From Halocafeteria seosinensis (Eukaryota): DNA of 60,614 nt. Below the pieces are notes generated by a model. The model did no database searches, was not told the origin of the DNA, and saw only the letters and a program-made list of their open reading frames with translations. Made by a program: the position numbers and the translations under genes. The stretch spans positions 1-60,614 of the forward strand of contig LVLI01000284.1 of NCBI GenBank assembly GCA_001687465.1. Reading direction: 5' to 3'. This document shows positions 1 through 12,114 of this stretch, in pieces. Each line of letters opens with the position of its first letter. Position 1 is the first letter of the stretch.

Positions 1-1
1 G

Positions 2-1291
2 ATGAATTGCTCTCGTATTCATTGGAAGGATTCTGGATACAATGCGAACTCGCATATCACCTTGCAAGCCAATGAAGAATTCGATGGGAATGATGGAGAG
101 ATTGACTTGTTAGGAATTGAATGTTTCCAAGGTCTTATAGAGGTTGACAATGTTGGCTCATTTGATGAAGCTCCGTTTGTTCATAGAGTGCATACTCGAG
201 ATGGATCTACGAGTATATCTGGTGGCTTCATTGCCAGGGAGAATGCGCAGTATGTAAAAATTGACGGGTGTAGCTCTTCCGGAACTGTACGAGGAACGGA
301 GCCTCCAGGCGCCGATGGCGGTGGAGGCATTTGTGGACGCTTATGTGGATTCATGGGAGAGGTGTTGATTTCCAATTGCTCGTCGAGCGGAAAACTACAA
401 AACTACAAATCAGGCGGAATTGCAGGAGACAAGTTGGGACAAGGAGGTCGAGCTACTATTGTTGATTGCCATTCGACGGGAAATATTGAAGGGGTATCTG
501 CAGGTGGTATTTGTAGTCAATATTGTGGTAGACAAGGAGAAGTATTCATTTCCCGGTGCTATTCAACTGGTGGTATTCTTGGAAGCGGGAGTGGTGGTAT
601 TGCTGGCATACTGACTGCTCATCAAGGTGGGCTACTCCACATAACAAGCTGCTTCTCCACGGGGAATATAGAGGGCAAACAAAGTGGAGGCATCGTCGGT
701 GATCATTCAGGGTCACATGGAGGCACGCTGCATATTATAGATAGTTATTCTAGGGGATCAACCAACGGAACGAGAGCCGGTGGGATTACCGGCGATGGTG
801 CTGGCAAACATGGTGGCTCTTGGTACCTCAACAGGACGTACGCATCTGGGAACATCGTCAATGGCCGTGGAGCAGGAATCGTAGGGTCAGTTTACGATGG
901 ACACGACCCGAGATTTCCAGACCTACCCAACCATGTAGCAGTAAAATTCTCTGTGCACTCTCCTTCAGGGCCTTTAGTGGGGCACGACATCCCCATAGAT
1001 GTGGACAGGGAAGGAAATTCTAACAATCTTACAGATATTACGGGACGACTTCATCATGAAGGGGGGATGCAAATATGGCCAGAAGATGTATGGGCGGTAA
1101 CTGATCCCGAAGAACTTCCAGTTTTAAGGTTTCAATTGCCCATTCCGTCTACAACTCCTGCTCCTACTACTACTCCATCTGAGACTCCGTCAAGCACACA
1201 GTCACCTTCAGCCAGTACGGAATCTCGAGAAATTATCGCTCAGGTGACTGTGCAGGCTGGTAAACGAAGTGTTGTCAATGGAGTAGGGTAA
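2..1291 (+). CDS. GLUG-motif repeat protein (paralog 1), 5' end outside window, Ser/Thr-rich stalk
   Basis: Repeated (C/S)(Y/F/H)S(T/S)GxIxGxxxGGIxG units; W..DVW...LPVLRFQ domain end; PSTTPAPTTTP stalk; intronless ORF; matches three paralogs in the window. Confidence 0.8.
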   Translation: MNCSRIHWKDSGYNANSHITLQANEEFDGNDGEIDLLGIECFQGLIEVDNVGSFDEAPFVHRVHTRDGSTSISGGFIARENAQYVKIDGCSSSGTVRGTEPPGADGGGGICGRLCGFMGEVLISNCSSSGKLQNYKSGGIAGDKLGQGGRATIVDCHSTGNIEGVSAGGICSQYCGRQGEVFISRCYSTGGILGSGSGGIAGILTAHQGGLLHITSCFSTGNIEGKQSGGIVGDHSGSHGGTLHIIDSYSRGSTNGTRAGGITGDGAGKHGGSWYLNRTYASGNIVNGRGAGIVGSVYDGHDPRFPDLPNHVAVKFSVHSPSGPLVGHDIPIDVDREGNSNNLTDITGRLHHEGGMQIWPEDVWAVTDPEELPVLRFQLPIPSTTPAPTTTPSETPSSTQSPSASTESREIIAQVTVQAGKRSVVNGVG

Positions 1292-2007
1292 GGTCCTCAC
1301 TGTGATGAAGTCTTTGCGCCTTCAATTTCGATGCACTGGGATGTATTTATATACAAAGTATACTAACATCGTCACTATGTAGGTGCTTACTTGAACTGAC
1401 TGATTAGTAGTTTTCGGAATACTAGTGTGAAGTCGAGTATGATTCCTATGCAACTCGATCTATGGAGGCTATCTTCGACCTGTTGGCTAATATTCTACAG
1501 GATATATCACTAGGGAAAGAGCAGGCATTCCCATAAGGTACTATGGACGGTAACGCGCACATGCTTACGAGAACCAGATTGGACGATCCTTAGACGTAAC
1601 GACAACAAATCCATCAAGTGCTAGTCCACCGGTACAACGATGGGAGAAGCTCCGCCGCCCAAACCACTGCCCGTTCGATCACATACGAAGACTTTATCAC
1701 CACGCTAAATCACAGCTCTTTTCTACCGTGGGTACGTTGAATGGAATTGCATTGCAATATATTCAACACACCGTTTGAAACAACCCCTGTAAGGCTCTGT
1801 TTGTGAGGGTGTCTTCTGTTAGGCTCCAAGGAATTAGGTCATTTAGCTCCTAAATTTCACGATATTCATTCTGAATATGACTTCCTCGAGTAATTCTTTC
1901 CTTTGCTCCGAATTTCATAAATAACGGCTGTCGCTTATTCAAACAATGAATGCCGCTCTCTGTTCTCCGTGTTCATGCTCGAATGGTTGCTTGAAACGAG
2001 ATTCACT

Positions 2008-3260
2008 TTACGATCCCAAGCGTTCGTTCATTATCTCTTTCATTGTCTTTCGCCGCGGCTTTGATTTGCCGTCACTTTGCTGTGGGGTATCATCTGCTTG
2101 ATTATCAGCCTGCGTTTCAGTGCCCTGACTAGGCGATCCCTCGGAGTTCTTTGACTCGGAGGCTCGGAGAAGTGGGTTATGCATCAGCTGCACCGCCCCC
2201 TCATTGTCCTTTGCGTTTTCCGGGCTGGTCTTTGAATCTGCAGGAGGTACATCTTTTGCCGCCATTTGCTCAGGGGCAATGCCTTTTGCCCTCAAAAACT
2301 CATTGACTTTGTTAGCAATATGTTTTCTCTGGGCAATATTTTCGCGGTGGATGGACATCTCAACTCGGTAATGCCCATTAACTTGCAAGGAGTCAAATTC
2401 ATCCTCGCATAATTCTTCATTTGAACTACGAAAACGGAGACAAAACTGCAGGACGGACGGCAGATAATAGTTAGCGAGACCCTTGGCGGCAGAGCCTGAT
2501 AAAGCTTCACCGACTTACATCCCTTTTGACTTCACCCAGGTCCTCCCATTTTACCTCCGTGCATTCTAATTTTTAGATACTGTCTATCGTCGACTTATCA
2601 GTATGACATACATATTTTCGAGTTACTTCCACTGAGCCATCAGTTGACACTTCTGTAGTCCAGAGTAACGGCAGGGTACTCTTCGTCAACGAACTAGAGG
2701 TAGGCGCGTTTCCACTTACGGTACTCGTCAACACTGTGCAAGCAAGGGGCTATAAATACATACAGTGGGCATGGTATGCAAATCTTATACATGTTTTTCC
2801 GCGAAGGATATTGGATAAAGGTGATCGCAGAATCTGATGGCTCATGAACTTCCCACTGCAAAGCGAAATGCACGAGAAAATGTTACCGTTACGAGGCAAT
2901 ATAGGGTTTCTCCCGTAAACCATACTATCCACTGCGATACTCACAGTGTCTTGGTTGTAACATAACGTAGACTTTGTATTGCATCTCTCGGAGAACGTCA
3001 GAAGCAGCGGGGGCCAGCGCGAAGGGCGCGAGATCACTTACCGTTCCGCAGGTCCTGATGGGGCAGAACATGTATTTACATGTACCAATGTTTGGCATCC
3101 TTGCTGAGCTGTATATAAGTGGAGGACATACAAACAACGGAGGCAGGAAGAGCGTCCAGGCTCTCCGGGAGCAGCGTTATAAGGCCCTCCGTGTCTCGGT
3201 CAGAGAAAAAAGTCGCTGAACGGTCCTTGTTCTTGGGATTCTTTTCTCCCTATAACGAAA
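2008..3260 (-). CDS. Hypothetical multi-exon protein; only the last exon (about 2447 to 2008) is well supported
   Basis: 126-aa terminal ORF preceded by an in-frame ctgcag acceptor and upstream gtaagt/gtgagt donors; no recognisable domain; 5' limit approximate. Confidence 0.35.
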
Positions 3261-4159
3261 CGTTGCGCTCCTTCTCAGCAGATCTACGCTGCTCTGCAGG
3301 TGCTCTACATTCTCGCCTTATCAACCATACTAGCGTCTAATGAAGTACGAAACAGTGACGCTGTGAAACATTGGCAAGAACTCAGCATCTCCGGATCCCT
3401 GTTAGGTCGCACTGTGCGACTCGCACGCAGTCGCCGCTGATGACATGCACACAAAAGCTGCTACAGTAATTGTATGAGACATCGTCACAAAAGCGATATT
3501 GCAGGAGACATCTCCGGCCTATGTCGTGTGTGAATGGGTCGACGAATGTGGATATTCCAATGAGTACTAGTCGCAACGCCAGCTCGGAGCATTCACAAAC
3601 AGAGAGAATCATCTACTAAAATGTAGTCAGTATGCCTTCAGTTAGTGATATATGCACGCTTATTATACGTATTAGCCTAACAAATACCAGCCATGTGGGG
3701 CGTTTTCTCCAATAGTATACCCTTTCTATTGCATCTCCTCTATCCAAGTAACGTGGTCTGAATATCTGACTGAAGGGCTCACTCACGAGCTTCAATGGCA
3801 ATGCCGAGTCTTGCATACCATTCAATAAGTGGCTTTAGCGTAGGTAGTTGGCCCCACCAGTGATTTTTCGCTGCTTGATGCCCTGCAGAGCCAGAAGTTC
3901 CAGAGTCAACGGATGAGGCAATACTCACGGGTCTGTGTATGCTGGTACAGAGCTCCGCGCCAGATTGTCTGAAGCATACCCGTATAGGAATTTGTCCAAT
4001 ATAGCGATCTGGACGGTCAGTTCCACTGCATATGCATTAGAATGGAACTGGGAGTAGGAACGTTGCTATATGACATCACTTTAAACTACCGGTAGCCGAC
4101 AAACAATACAGCGGAATCATAGCTCGTGTGCGTTGTTTCCCCTTCGACATAAACTGCTC

Positions 4160-5814
4160 TTACTTCCTGTACACCCGTCTGATGGTCAATTTCCCGCATC
4201 GTACCATTGGAATAATTCTTGTTCCACCAGGTTCTGGGGCCTCAGTCGACTGGTTAGTTTCTCTTGGTGTAGCTGGACTAAATGTGTTAGAAGCTGACGC
4301 ATCTAGCGTCGCTGCGCTAGTGGTGGAAAAAGTGCTAATTGGGCCCTCCGTAGGTGTTACCGTAGCCTCCGGAGTTGATATCGGAGTAGGTGTCGCACTG
4401 TATACCTGAAAACTCAAAATTGGTAAATTTGAAGAATCTCTTCTGTCTCCACTCAGAGTCCAAATGTCACTACTCCACCTTTTCACGTTAGCGAAAAAAT
4501 ATACGGACCCATGAATTTCGTTCAAGTCCCCTGAATTTCCCTTAGATACATTGGAAAGCTTATCGCCACCAACTCCCACCATGAGCGCCCCACTATCACT
4601 GTTGTATACGGAGTAGCACACCTCGATAGAACTATTTGCTCTTATGCTTCCTATGATTCCACCACTTTGCCTGCCCCTAATCGTCCCCGAAGAATACACA
4701 TTCTCGATAAGTACAGTTCCCGTGTCCTGCAGCCACCGCCCTCCTGTCCAGCGACCGGCAATACCTCCTGCTTCATGACCGTAAATGTCTCCGCGGGTAT
4801 AGCAATTCGAAATTCGCACTTCTCCATTATTCTCAGCGCCGCGGTTTCCAATAATACCACCACTGTAATTTGCGTACATGTGTCCGGTGCTGTAGCACTC
4901 TACGACATGCGCCAAACCATCTCTTTGGCCAGCGCTGGCACCAACAATTCCACCGCTGTAGGAAGCACGTTCGAGAATATCCCCAGTGGAGTAGGATCTA
5001 TCAACATAGACCTGTCCTCTGACGAAGCCGGCACGATTTGCACAGATGCTCCACTATATGCACCCGCAATAAGCCCGCTGGAGTATGAACGACTGATGAA
5101 TACTCGACCTTCACTATATCCCGGAAGGTCTCCGCATATTCCTCCCGCATACTTTCCTTCAATGTCTCCGATAGAGTAGCAATTCGTAATATTCACCAAT
5201 CCACACCGATATCCAGTCCACGACCCTGAGATGCCACCTGCGAAGTCACCCACCCTACCAGTAGAAAACGAATTAGAAATCTCCACGTGACCGCTATCAT
5301 GTCCACTTTGGGAACCGCATATACCTGCCGAAGCGAATCCCGAAATTTCCCCAGAGGAGCTACACGTATCTACAATGAAGAATCTCTGAAGCGGCTGTAC
5401 AATGAGCCCGCCGTGCTGGGCTGTCTTTCCATCATTAACATGCAGGTTCCGAATCAACGGAGCATCATGAAAAGATGAAACACTCTCTGCTATCTTAAAT
5501 ACGCCGTTAAAATTTGTTACTCCGTTCAAACTGATCATGTTTCCGTGCTCTACCCCACCGTCAAACATTTCATGTTCTCTCAGCGAAATAAAATCCAGAT
5601 TCGTGTACCCAGCATCGCTCCACACAAGCACACTACAGTTCAACTCAAAGAGACCAAACTCTGGTGAATATCGAAAACATGGAGCGAATCCATTGAGGAT
5701 ATCGGAACGCAAGTCTTTTGCTGCACCGAGAATGTAGCAGCAATGTATACATGTCAACAGTAGCGATATACTCCCAATTGACCTAGGGCCTGGAAGCGAG
5801 TTGGAATTGCACAT
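4160..5814 (-). pseudogene. GLUG-motif secreted protein (paralog 2) with a 1-nt frameshift at about 5049/5050
   Basis: Signal-like LLLTCIHCCYILGA then AKDLRSDILNG; AGT GGA GC ATC lacks one base; restoring it gives SGGICANRAGFVRGQVYVDRSYSTG and joins ORFs 4900..5922 and 4160..4915. Could be a sequencing error. Confidence 0.75.
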
Positions 5815-6691
5815 CCCTGCTAATAATATCCGTGCGCTTCGTCGAGTCCTTATAACTTCTTTAGACTTAATAATTTGAACGGAAGTAACCATACGTAGCA
5901 GGATAAAGAGAGGGTCCCACATCTCCGTGGAAGCAGTCTCAACCCGGGTCCCTGGCTCGAAACGACTCCTTCTGAATTATCCAACTCAACAATACTAACA
6001 CTGCCCTACTGGCCCGTTATATGCTGGCTATCCGTAAGATGTTAGTTTATGTCAAACGATGTACATACCCCTTCGTGGCAGGATTAGTGTAGACAGAGCT
6101 TGTGTACAGAATTGGAAGCACAACACTCGTGGCACCGTCCTCGTTGCTTTGGATGAGAACAGCGTCACTGTTCCGAGCATTCCAGCTCCTACGTGAGGGA
6201 TCAAAGATTGATGAAGCTGTGAGGCAACAGGTACCTTCTGATGATTGGCAAATACTACGGTAGAAAGGGATTGCCAGGGGTTGTTTGTTGTTGCCTCGGC
6301 ACTGAGACTCTCACAAGGGAATGGAATGCGACGATGAGGAAGCTGGAACTAAGAGTCCCATGAAATTGCTCCTTCATTCAGAACTTAGGACAATACTTTT
6401 ATCACTGTCACGACTCACTGCAATTAAGTCAGCGTATGGTGAAGCTGAATTGGAGCGTGGCTCCGAGCCAGAAATAAGAAGAAAATGGACGTTCTGCTAT
6501 ACGTGTAGAATGTTTTGGGGAACAAAATTAGGATACCGTACATATGGCTTTCTCCAAACCAAAGGTTTGCTCTCAAGTACGTGGACTTTGTCTAGTCATA
6601 CAGATTACGTTATAAGCGCGATGAATTCCTGCTACTCGTTCTCATTCTACGGCACTTACACCGTGGGAGTACTACTGTAGTCCCTAATCGG

Positions 6692-8263
6692 CTACATGTC
6701 CTCAATTTTCTTCTGCGTCTTAACCATTCTTTTTGCTCTTTGGGGAGCTAGAGCGACTCTTTGGTACCGATTAACTCGCTTCTTGGAAACCTCGGTTGTT
6801 GACACATTTCCTGGGGAGCTTAGAATTCGCGTCGTTTGGGTAATCGATACCGTTGGTGCCCACGTACCAGAAGGAGAATAAGACGAGGAACTGTAATGTG
6901 CTAGGTGACTAGTAGAGGGCGAAGGTGATGCTCTAGCGGTAAAGGCAGAACTGATAGTACTGGTTGACCTTGACGTTTCTGTTCCGGGAGGTATCGTTGG
7001 TGAAATTGTCCCAGAAGGACTGATAGTCAGTGTTGAAGTCTCTGTTCTGGTCGGTGTTGCCGACGGAGTAGCAGAGGTTGACAGCTGGAACCGAAGAACC
7101 GGCAGCTGCCCACGACTTGCGTCAAGCGCCCATACATCGTTAGACCATACTTGGAGCCCGTCATATTCATACAGTTTCCCCTCGATTTTGGTCAAATTGC
7201 CAGAATTGCCTTCCGAATCACTTGAAAGTTTATCCTTCCCATTCGCTCCCACCAATGGTGTTCCATTATGACCGTCGTATACGGAATACCTAAGCTGTAC
7301 AAGACCGTCTGCATCAGGTTTTATCGAGCCTATAATTCCACCGGACCCAGTGCCTGTGGCTATACCGGACGCGTACGTGTTCTCAATATTGACACCCAGC
7401 GTTGGTTGGTCTACTTGACCTCCTGTATTCCTGCCCGAAATGCCTCCCGCTTGTTCCCCCTGAATATCCCCACAAGAATAGCAATCTCTTACATACACAA
7501 AACCTCCTTCGTTCCCGGCGTTACCACCTATGATACCACCGCCCCATATACCTGTTTCAACGATGTCTCCGGTAGAATACGACTGCGTGATATAAACTTG
7601 TCCGTTCGTGTGCCCACCACCGCTTCCACAAATGCCTCCTCCCCACCGTGCGCCCATAGTACCAGTTGAGTAAGATTTCGTTATGTTGGCAATCCCGTGA
7701 GAAATAGCAAGCTTGTTTCCTGCAATACCCCCTGCCCAATCGCCTAGAATCCTACCTGTAGAATGCGAGTTAGATATCTTTATTTGTCCGTTATGACCAC
7801 TTCGATAGCCACAGATTCCCCCGCTTAAGGCTCCAAGCACGTCTCCTGTCGAACTGCACGAGTCTATTTCGAAGTACTTCTGCTCCTCTCGAACAATGAA
7901 CCCACCATTGTCTGCAGTGGTTCCATTCTTTACATGGACATGCTGAATTAATGGAGCATCCTCGAAGGACACAACGTCACGAGTAATTGCAAACAACCCA
8001 TGAAAACCGATTATTTCACTCAAGTCAATTGGTGCTCCACTACCATCAAACGACTCGTTAGCGCCCAATGAGATATAGTCCTCGCTTCCATAACCATGAT
8101 GCTTCCACACAAAGGGATTACAAGTTACTTCAAACAGTTGCATAGTGGCGATATGACGAAAGCAGGGTTCCGTCGTATCCAAAATGCCACCTCGCAAGTC
8201 TCGAGCTGAACCCAGCGAACAGCAAAGAACAATGACAAGGATTGCTACAGCTGATGATAACAT
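6692..8263 (-). CDS. Secreted GLUG-motif repeat protein (paralog 3) with Ser/Thr stalk
   Basis: MLSSAVAILVIVLCCSLGSA signal peptide then RDLRGGIL; SYSTG..GGI(C/I/A)G repeats; WSNDVW..LPVLRFQ; S/T-rich tail; intronless. Confidence 0.85.
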   Translation of the reverse strand: MLSSAVAILVIVLCCSLGSARDLRGGILDTTEPCFRHIATMQLFEVTCNPFVWKHHGYGSEDYISLGANESFDGSGAPIDLSEIIGFHGLFAITRDVVSFEDAPLIQHVHVKNGTTADNGGFIVREEQKYFEIDSCSSTGDVLGALSGGICGYRSGHNGQIKISNSHSTGRILGDWAGGIAGNKLAISHGIANITKSYSTGTMGARWGGGICGSGGGHTNGQVYITQSYSTGDIVETGIWGGGIIGGNAGNEGGFVYVRDCYSCGDIQGEQAGGISGRNTGGQVDQPTLGVNIENTYASGIATGTGSGGIIGSIKPDADGLVQLRYSVYDGHNGTPLVGANGKDKLSSDSEGNSGNLTKIEGKLYEYDGLQVWSNDVWALDASRGQLPVLRFQLSTSATPSATPTRTETSTLTISPSGTISPTIPPGTETSRSTSTISSAFTARASPSPSTSHLAHYSSSSYSPSGTWAPTVSITQTTRILSSPGNVSTTEVSKKRVNRYQRVALAPQRAKRMVKTQKKIEDM

Positions 8264-9124
8264 TCTGAAGCGGCAACTACTGTAATTCCTTCGGTGAGCA
8301 ACGAGAGGTGAGCAATGGTTGCGGCGCAGTCCTTGGAGTGTAATAGGTACTGGAGATAATGCAACGGAAACCCTGGGTTCATGTGCTGGTGCTGTTGTGC
8401 AGCGTTTTAGCTGTCGCGCTACGGCCGACTTCAACACAGTCTGCTGACTACCGGGTTCATTGCCCCCCAGATCATGTCTGCCTTCTCATTGTCCCAGTGA
8501 GGGAAGTAATGTCCAACTGTCGGGAGGCGAATTTGCAAGTCTTTATTGGCGCTCTAATGCAGTGTAATACTGAGTGTATGCGGGTTGGCGTCCATTTGTT
8601 TAGTTCAGTCCCGACAGATCTCAACGATATGATGTCAGCTGCAGCCTGAGATATGTGCAAAAAAACAAGATATCCTTCTTACAACAGCCGCTGACAGCTA
8701 GAATCGCTTAATGATGGTGAATGATGCCCGCAGCACTCTGGGCCGCGGTTCGTTACGCTCCGCTGTTCTGGAAGCAGCAGGAATGCCCCAAGTACCGTAA
8801 GGCGTAGGCTACCTTCAGTATACTATGTACAAGGTAGTTAGATAAACTTATCTTGAACTATGGTTGAATAAATACTTGATCAATACCATCGCCTTTGGGC
8901 TCTGCTTCTCATCAAGAATCTCTTCCGCGATGGTCGAAAAGTTTGTTTGCCCGTTAACCTGCGGGCTCGAACTTTGGAGTTACAGTGGAATACCATGGTA
9001 CAATGGTAGTGTGCTGAGGCTCTAAGGGATGGGAAGAAACATTCACGAATCGATGAGTTATGCATACACCAGCAGTGCTATTCGCCATTAAAAAAAGGGT
9101 GGGGAGTTGTTACACCAACACAAG

Positions 9125-9128
<4 letters not shown>

Positions 9129-9162
<34 letters not shown>
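9129..9162. repeat. (GT)n microsatellite, about 17 units
   Basis: Seen directly. Confidence 0.95.
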
Positions 9163-9163
<1 letters not shown>

Positions 9164-9533
9164 GGTATTGCTCCCGAGGTGAAGAGACACTCCCTCGGAT
9201 GCGGTCAACTTCCCGGCCGGTGGGCTATCTGTCACATTTGTGTGTGTGTGCACTCCAGTGCTCACGAGATTCATGTATTGAAGTAGCAGTTGTTGCCAGA
9301 GCTAAGACAAGTGGGACTTTTGGCAATGGTGTGTGGGTTCGTCGACTCAGTCATGGCTGTGGATACAGTAGATACCGCGTTCTCAACTTTCGCCAGTACT
9401 TCGTTGCATACACGAGTCCCAAGTAACGTCCGAAGTAATTCCAATGCTTGCCTTGCTTCAAGTTTATCAGTGATCATTGTAGAGTTATGAGCTCTGAATA
9501 AGTCGAAAATGCGTTTTCTATTGCGATTTACTC

Positions 9534-9558
9534 CACACACACACACACACACACACAC
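9534..9558. repeat. (CA)n microsatellite, about 12 units
   Basis: Seen directly. Confidence 0.95.
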
Positions 9559-10415
9559 GAATACGTGTGGGTTTCCGTACGCTCCTTGTTTAAGAGCTGG
9601 ATCAGAGGCGTCTGTTTCAATTCAAAGGGTTCTCACAAACACGCATGATTTCTAGTTATTACTGTAGTTTCCTCGCCAAAACGGGCTGCCAAATCTCCGT
9701 AGCTAACCATGAACCTTGTCTGCGTTTCCTGGGTGGCGCAAGTTATTTGTAGTGTCTGCGGGGTGGAGCGAAGCGGATGGGAGCAATTGCTTCTCCTTTT
9801 CCGTCGTGCATGCAAGAACCATTGAGCTCAGTGATGAGACTACACTGTACCATGGTCTCATCTGGACAGTAGTGAGAACTGAGTGCTCCACATGAGATTT
9901 ACATGTACCCAGTTGGGCTACGGGTCTTCTTGACTCTCAGTCCCGGACATTCAGACTTGAACTTCGCTTCATGTTGTATACCTCTTTCATGTAAAATTTT
10001 GCGTCCTTTGCTGTGTACTTCCAGTTGATACTGTTCCACCGCTCCATGCATGTCTTAAGTAAGAGCTGCACCGCACGTAAGCCAGTCTGATTCACTATCT
10101 GAAGTCGCACGGTGCGACCTCAGGGTTTTTTCCAGATTTCTGGCTGCCAAGATAGAAAGCCAGTTCCGATCTGTATTGGGAGAACAGGGAGCCGCAGTAT
10201 TTCGCATGCTCCACGCATTGACCCCAAACAGAGGGGGGAAATCTTACTTTTTCGGGGCAAAAAATTACCCTACTAAAGTTCACGTGTCGTCGCATCCGCA
10301 TCCCTTCAACCAGAAGAAGCCGTTTAACGGAGCTGCGTCGCTCAGTTCCTCCCCTATTATTCAAGTACCACCCCCAGAAAAACAATATAGAGTGACTGAC
10401 TAAGGATCGAGCACA

Positions 10416-11706
10416 ATGGCCGAAGGAAAGGAACATGAACATCCGCATTCTGGACTGCAACGTGTCGTGGAATACGATTTCCTCCTGGAATGCCCCGAGG
10501 AAATCAGTTCCGAGAAGTCCGTTAAGATTAATTTCGACCCTTCCAAGTACGGCAGACACTACCATTCGGATGAAATGGAGGAGAAGATCAACCAGCAGTG
10601 GCAGAGGCAGCGAAGAACCAACCCGCGGCTGTTTAACAGTAAGACCCTAAAAATTGTGAAGAGCCAGTGTGGGAATCGTGTTGTTGACTACGTCGAAAAT
10701 TTCCAATGTTGTTTGCAGGTCCCAGGTTCCGTCTGGAATCCGCCGTAATGTCCTCCGAAGAAAAGCGCGTCGAAATCCAATTGGGAATGTGTGACACCAA
10801 GGCGTTCTACGGTACGAATTGGAGCAGAGATGTGAACTTCCTCGTAGACGAAGGGAAGAAATTTAGAAATTCTGCCAAATTCCTAGCGAATGCTTTAGGA
10901 GTTGCAGTAATGATCGAAACTTCTGATCACTACGCTGCTGCTGTACGGCGTTCATCCAGTGCGCCAGAGTCCCCAGATCTCATCGATTTGCCGGGTGGCT
11001 ATCCGGAACCGAGCGACTGCGGACTTGCACTGAATAGAGTGGAAATAGTGGGCGCACCCGAAGGCAAGAGCACCACTGGAAAGGATAGCGCCGCATCATT
11101 TGATCCGAACAAATATTCTACTCTGATCCGCTCCGAAATATATGACACTGTTCAGAGGGTATTGGAAAACGAACTGAATATAAGCGGAGATACCCTCGAA
11201 CAACCCAAGCTGCTTGGAGCTATTAAGAACATAAAGACCAGCGGAAGGCTGGCATTGTGCTTCTATGGTAAGAATAGTTGAATGGATTTGTATTCAAGGA
11301 AATTTTCATATGTTTTCCTGTGCTGCTCTACCTGTTCACAGTGCGATACCAGCATACCGTCGATGAACTGCAAAAACGTTACAGTCGCCTTGGAATCGAC
11401 AAGGCGGAAAGTCATTCGCTTATCACTATTCCTTCGAACCAGATCTTGCATACCAACACTAGCGAACCGAGTGTGCAACTCCAAGGATGCAAGGAACTCC
11501 TCTCAGCCCGGGCTATCCACCAGAAAGTAGAAGCCAGTAAACCTAAGGAGCCAGTAGACGACGGTACACCTGAGGACTTCAAACAACAGAATGCTAGAGG
11601 CAGACGGCGATCGGTAACGGTGGACCCTAAACAGTACGAAGAGCCTGAGACGACAACAGTACAAACGGTACGTAGGACTGCATCGTTGACTGATGTTTTT
11701 CTTTGA
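10416..11706 (+). CDS. Nudix hydrolase, NUDT22-like (UDP-sugar pyrophosphatase), 3 exons
   Basis: W...NPRLFN|.PRFRL, FYGTNW, LANALGV, RRS....PDLIDLPGGYPEP motifs; two GT-AG introns join ORFs 10416, 10706 and 11278. Confidence 0.75.
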
Positions 11707-12114
11707 TGATTTTTCTAGCAACGGGTCCAACAGGATAATCTAAGTGTGTATGCGAAAGGTTGTTTCGAATTATGGAGAAGAGCTCGTCAGCGGAAAGCCG
11801 CACGTTCTCGTTTCACAGGGCAGTTCCGCCCATCGGGACGATTCCAACCTGTCTCGCAAGAGTGAAGGGTTTCTACGGTCGTCGATCGGAATCTCCCTCC
11901 TCTCGATAGTCGTTCGCCCAATCCATTGCGTATCATGTATGACTTGGTCTTGTTGAGCATTCTATCTTATATCATTTCTCGGCTCAGAGAATCGACTATC
12001 AATAAACTTCGACTAGCGGACGGAAGTAGAATTACAGTGCTGACGATGTCTATTTTGGTATAGCTTGCCGATAGATCGAGGCTCACCTAGTCAAGCTTCT
12101 TGTGCATCCAGACA

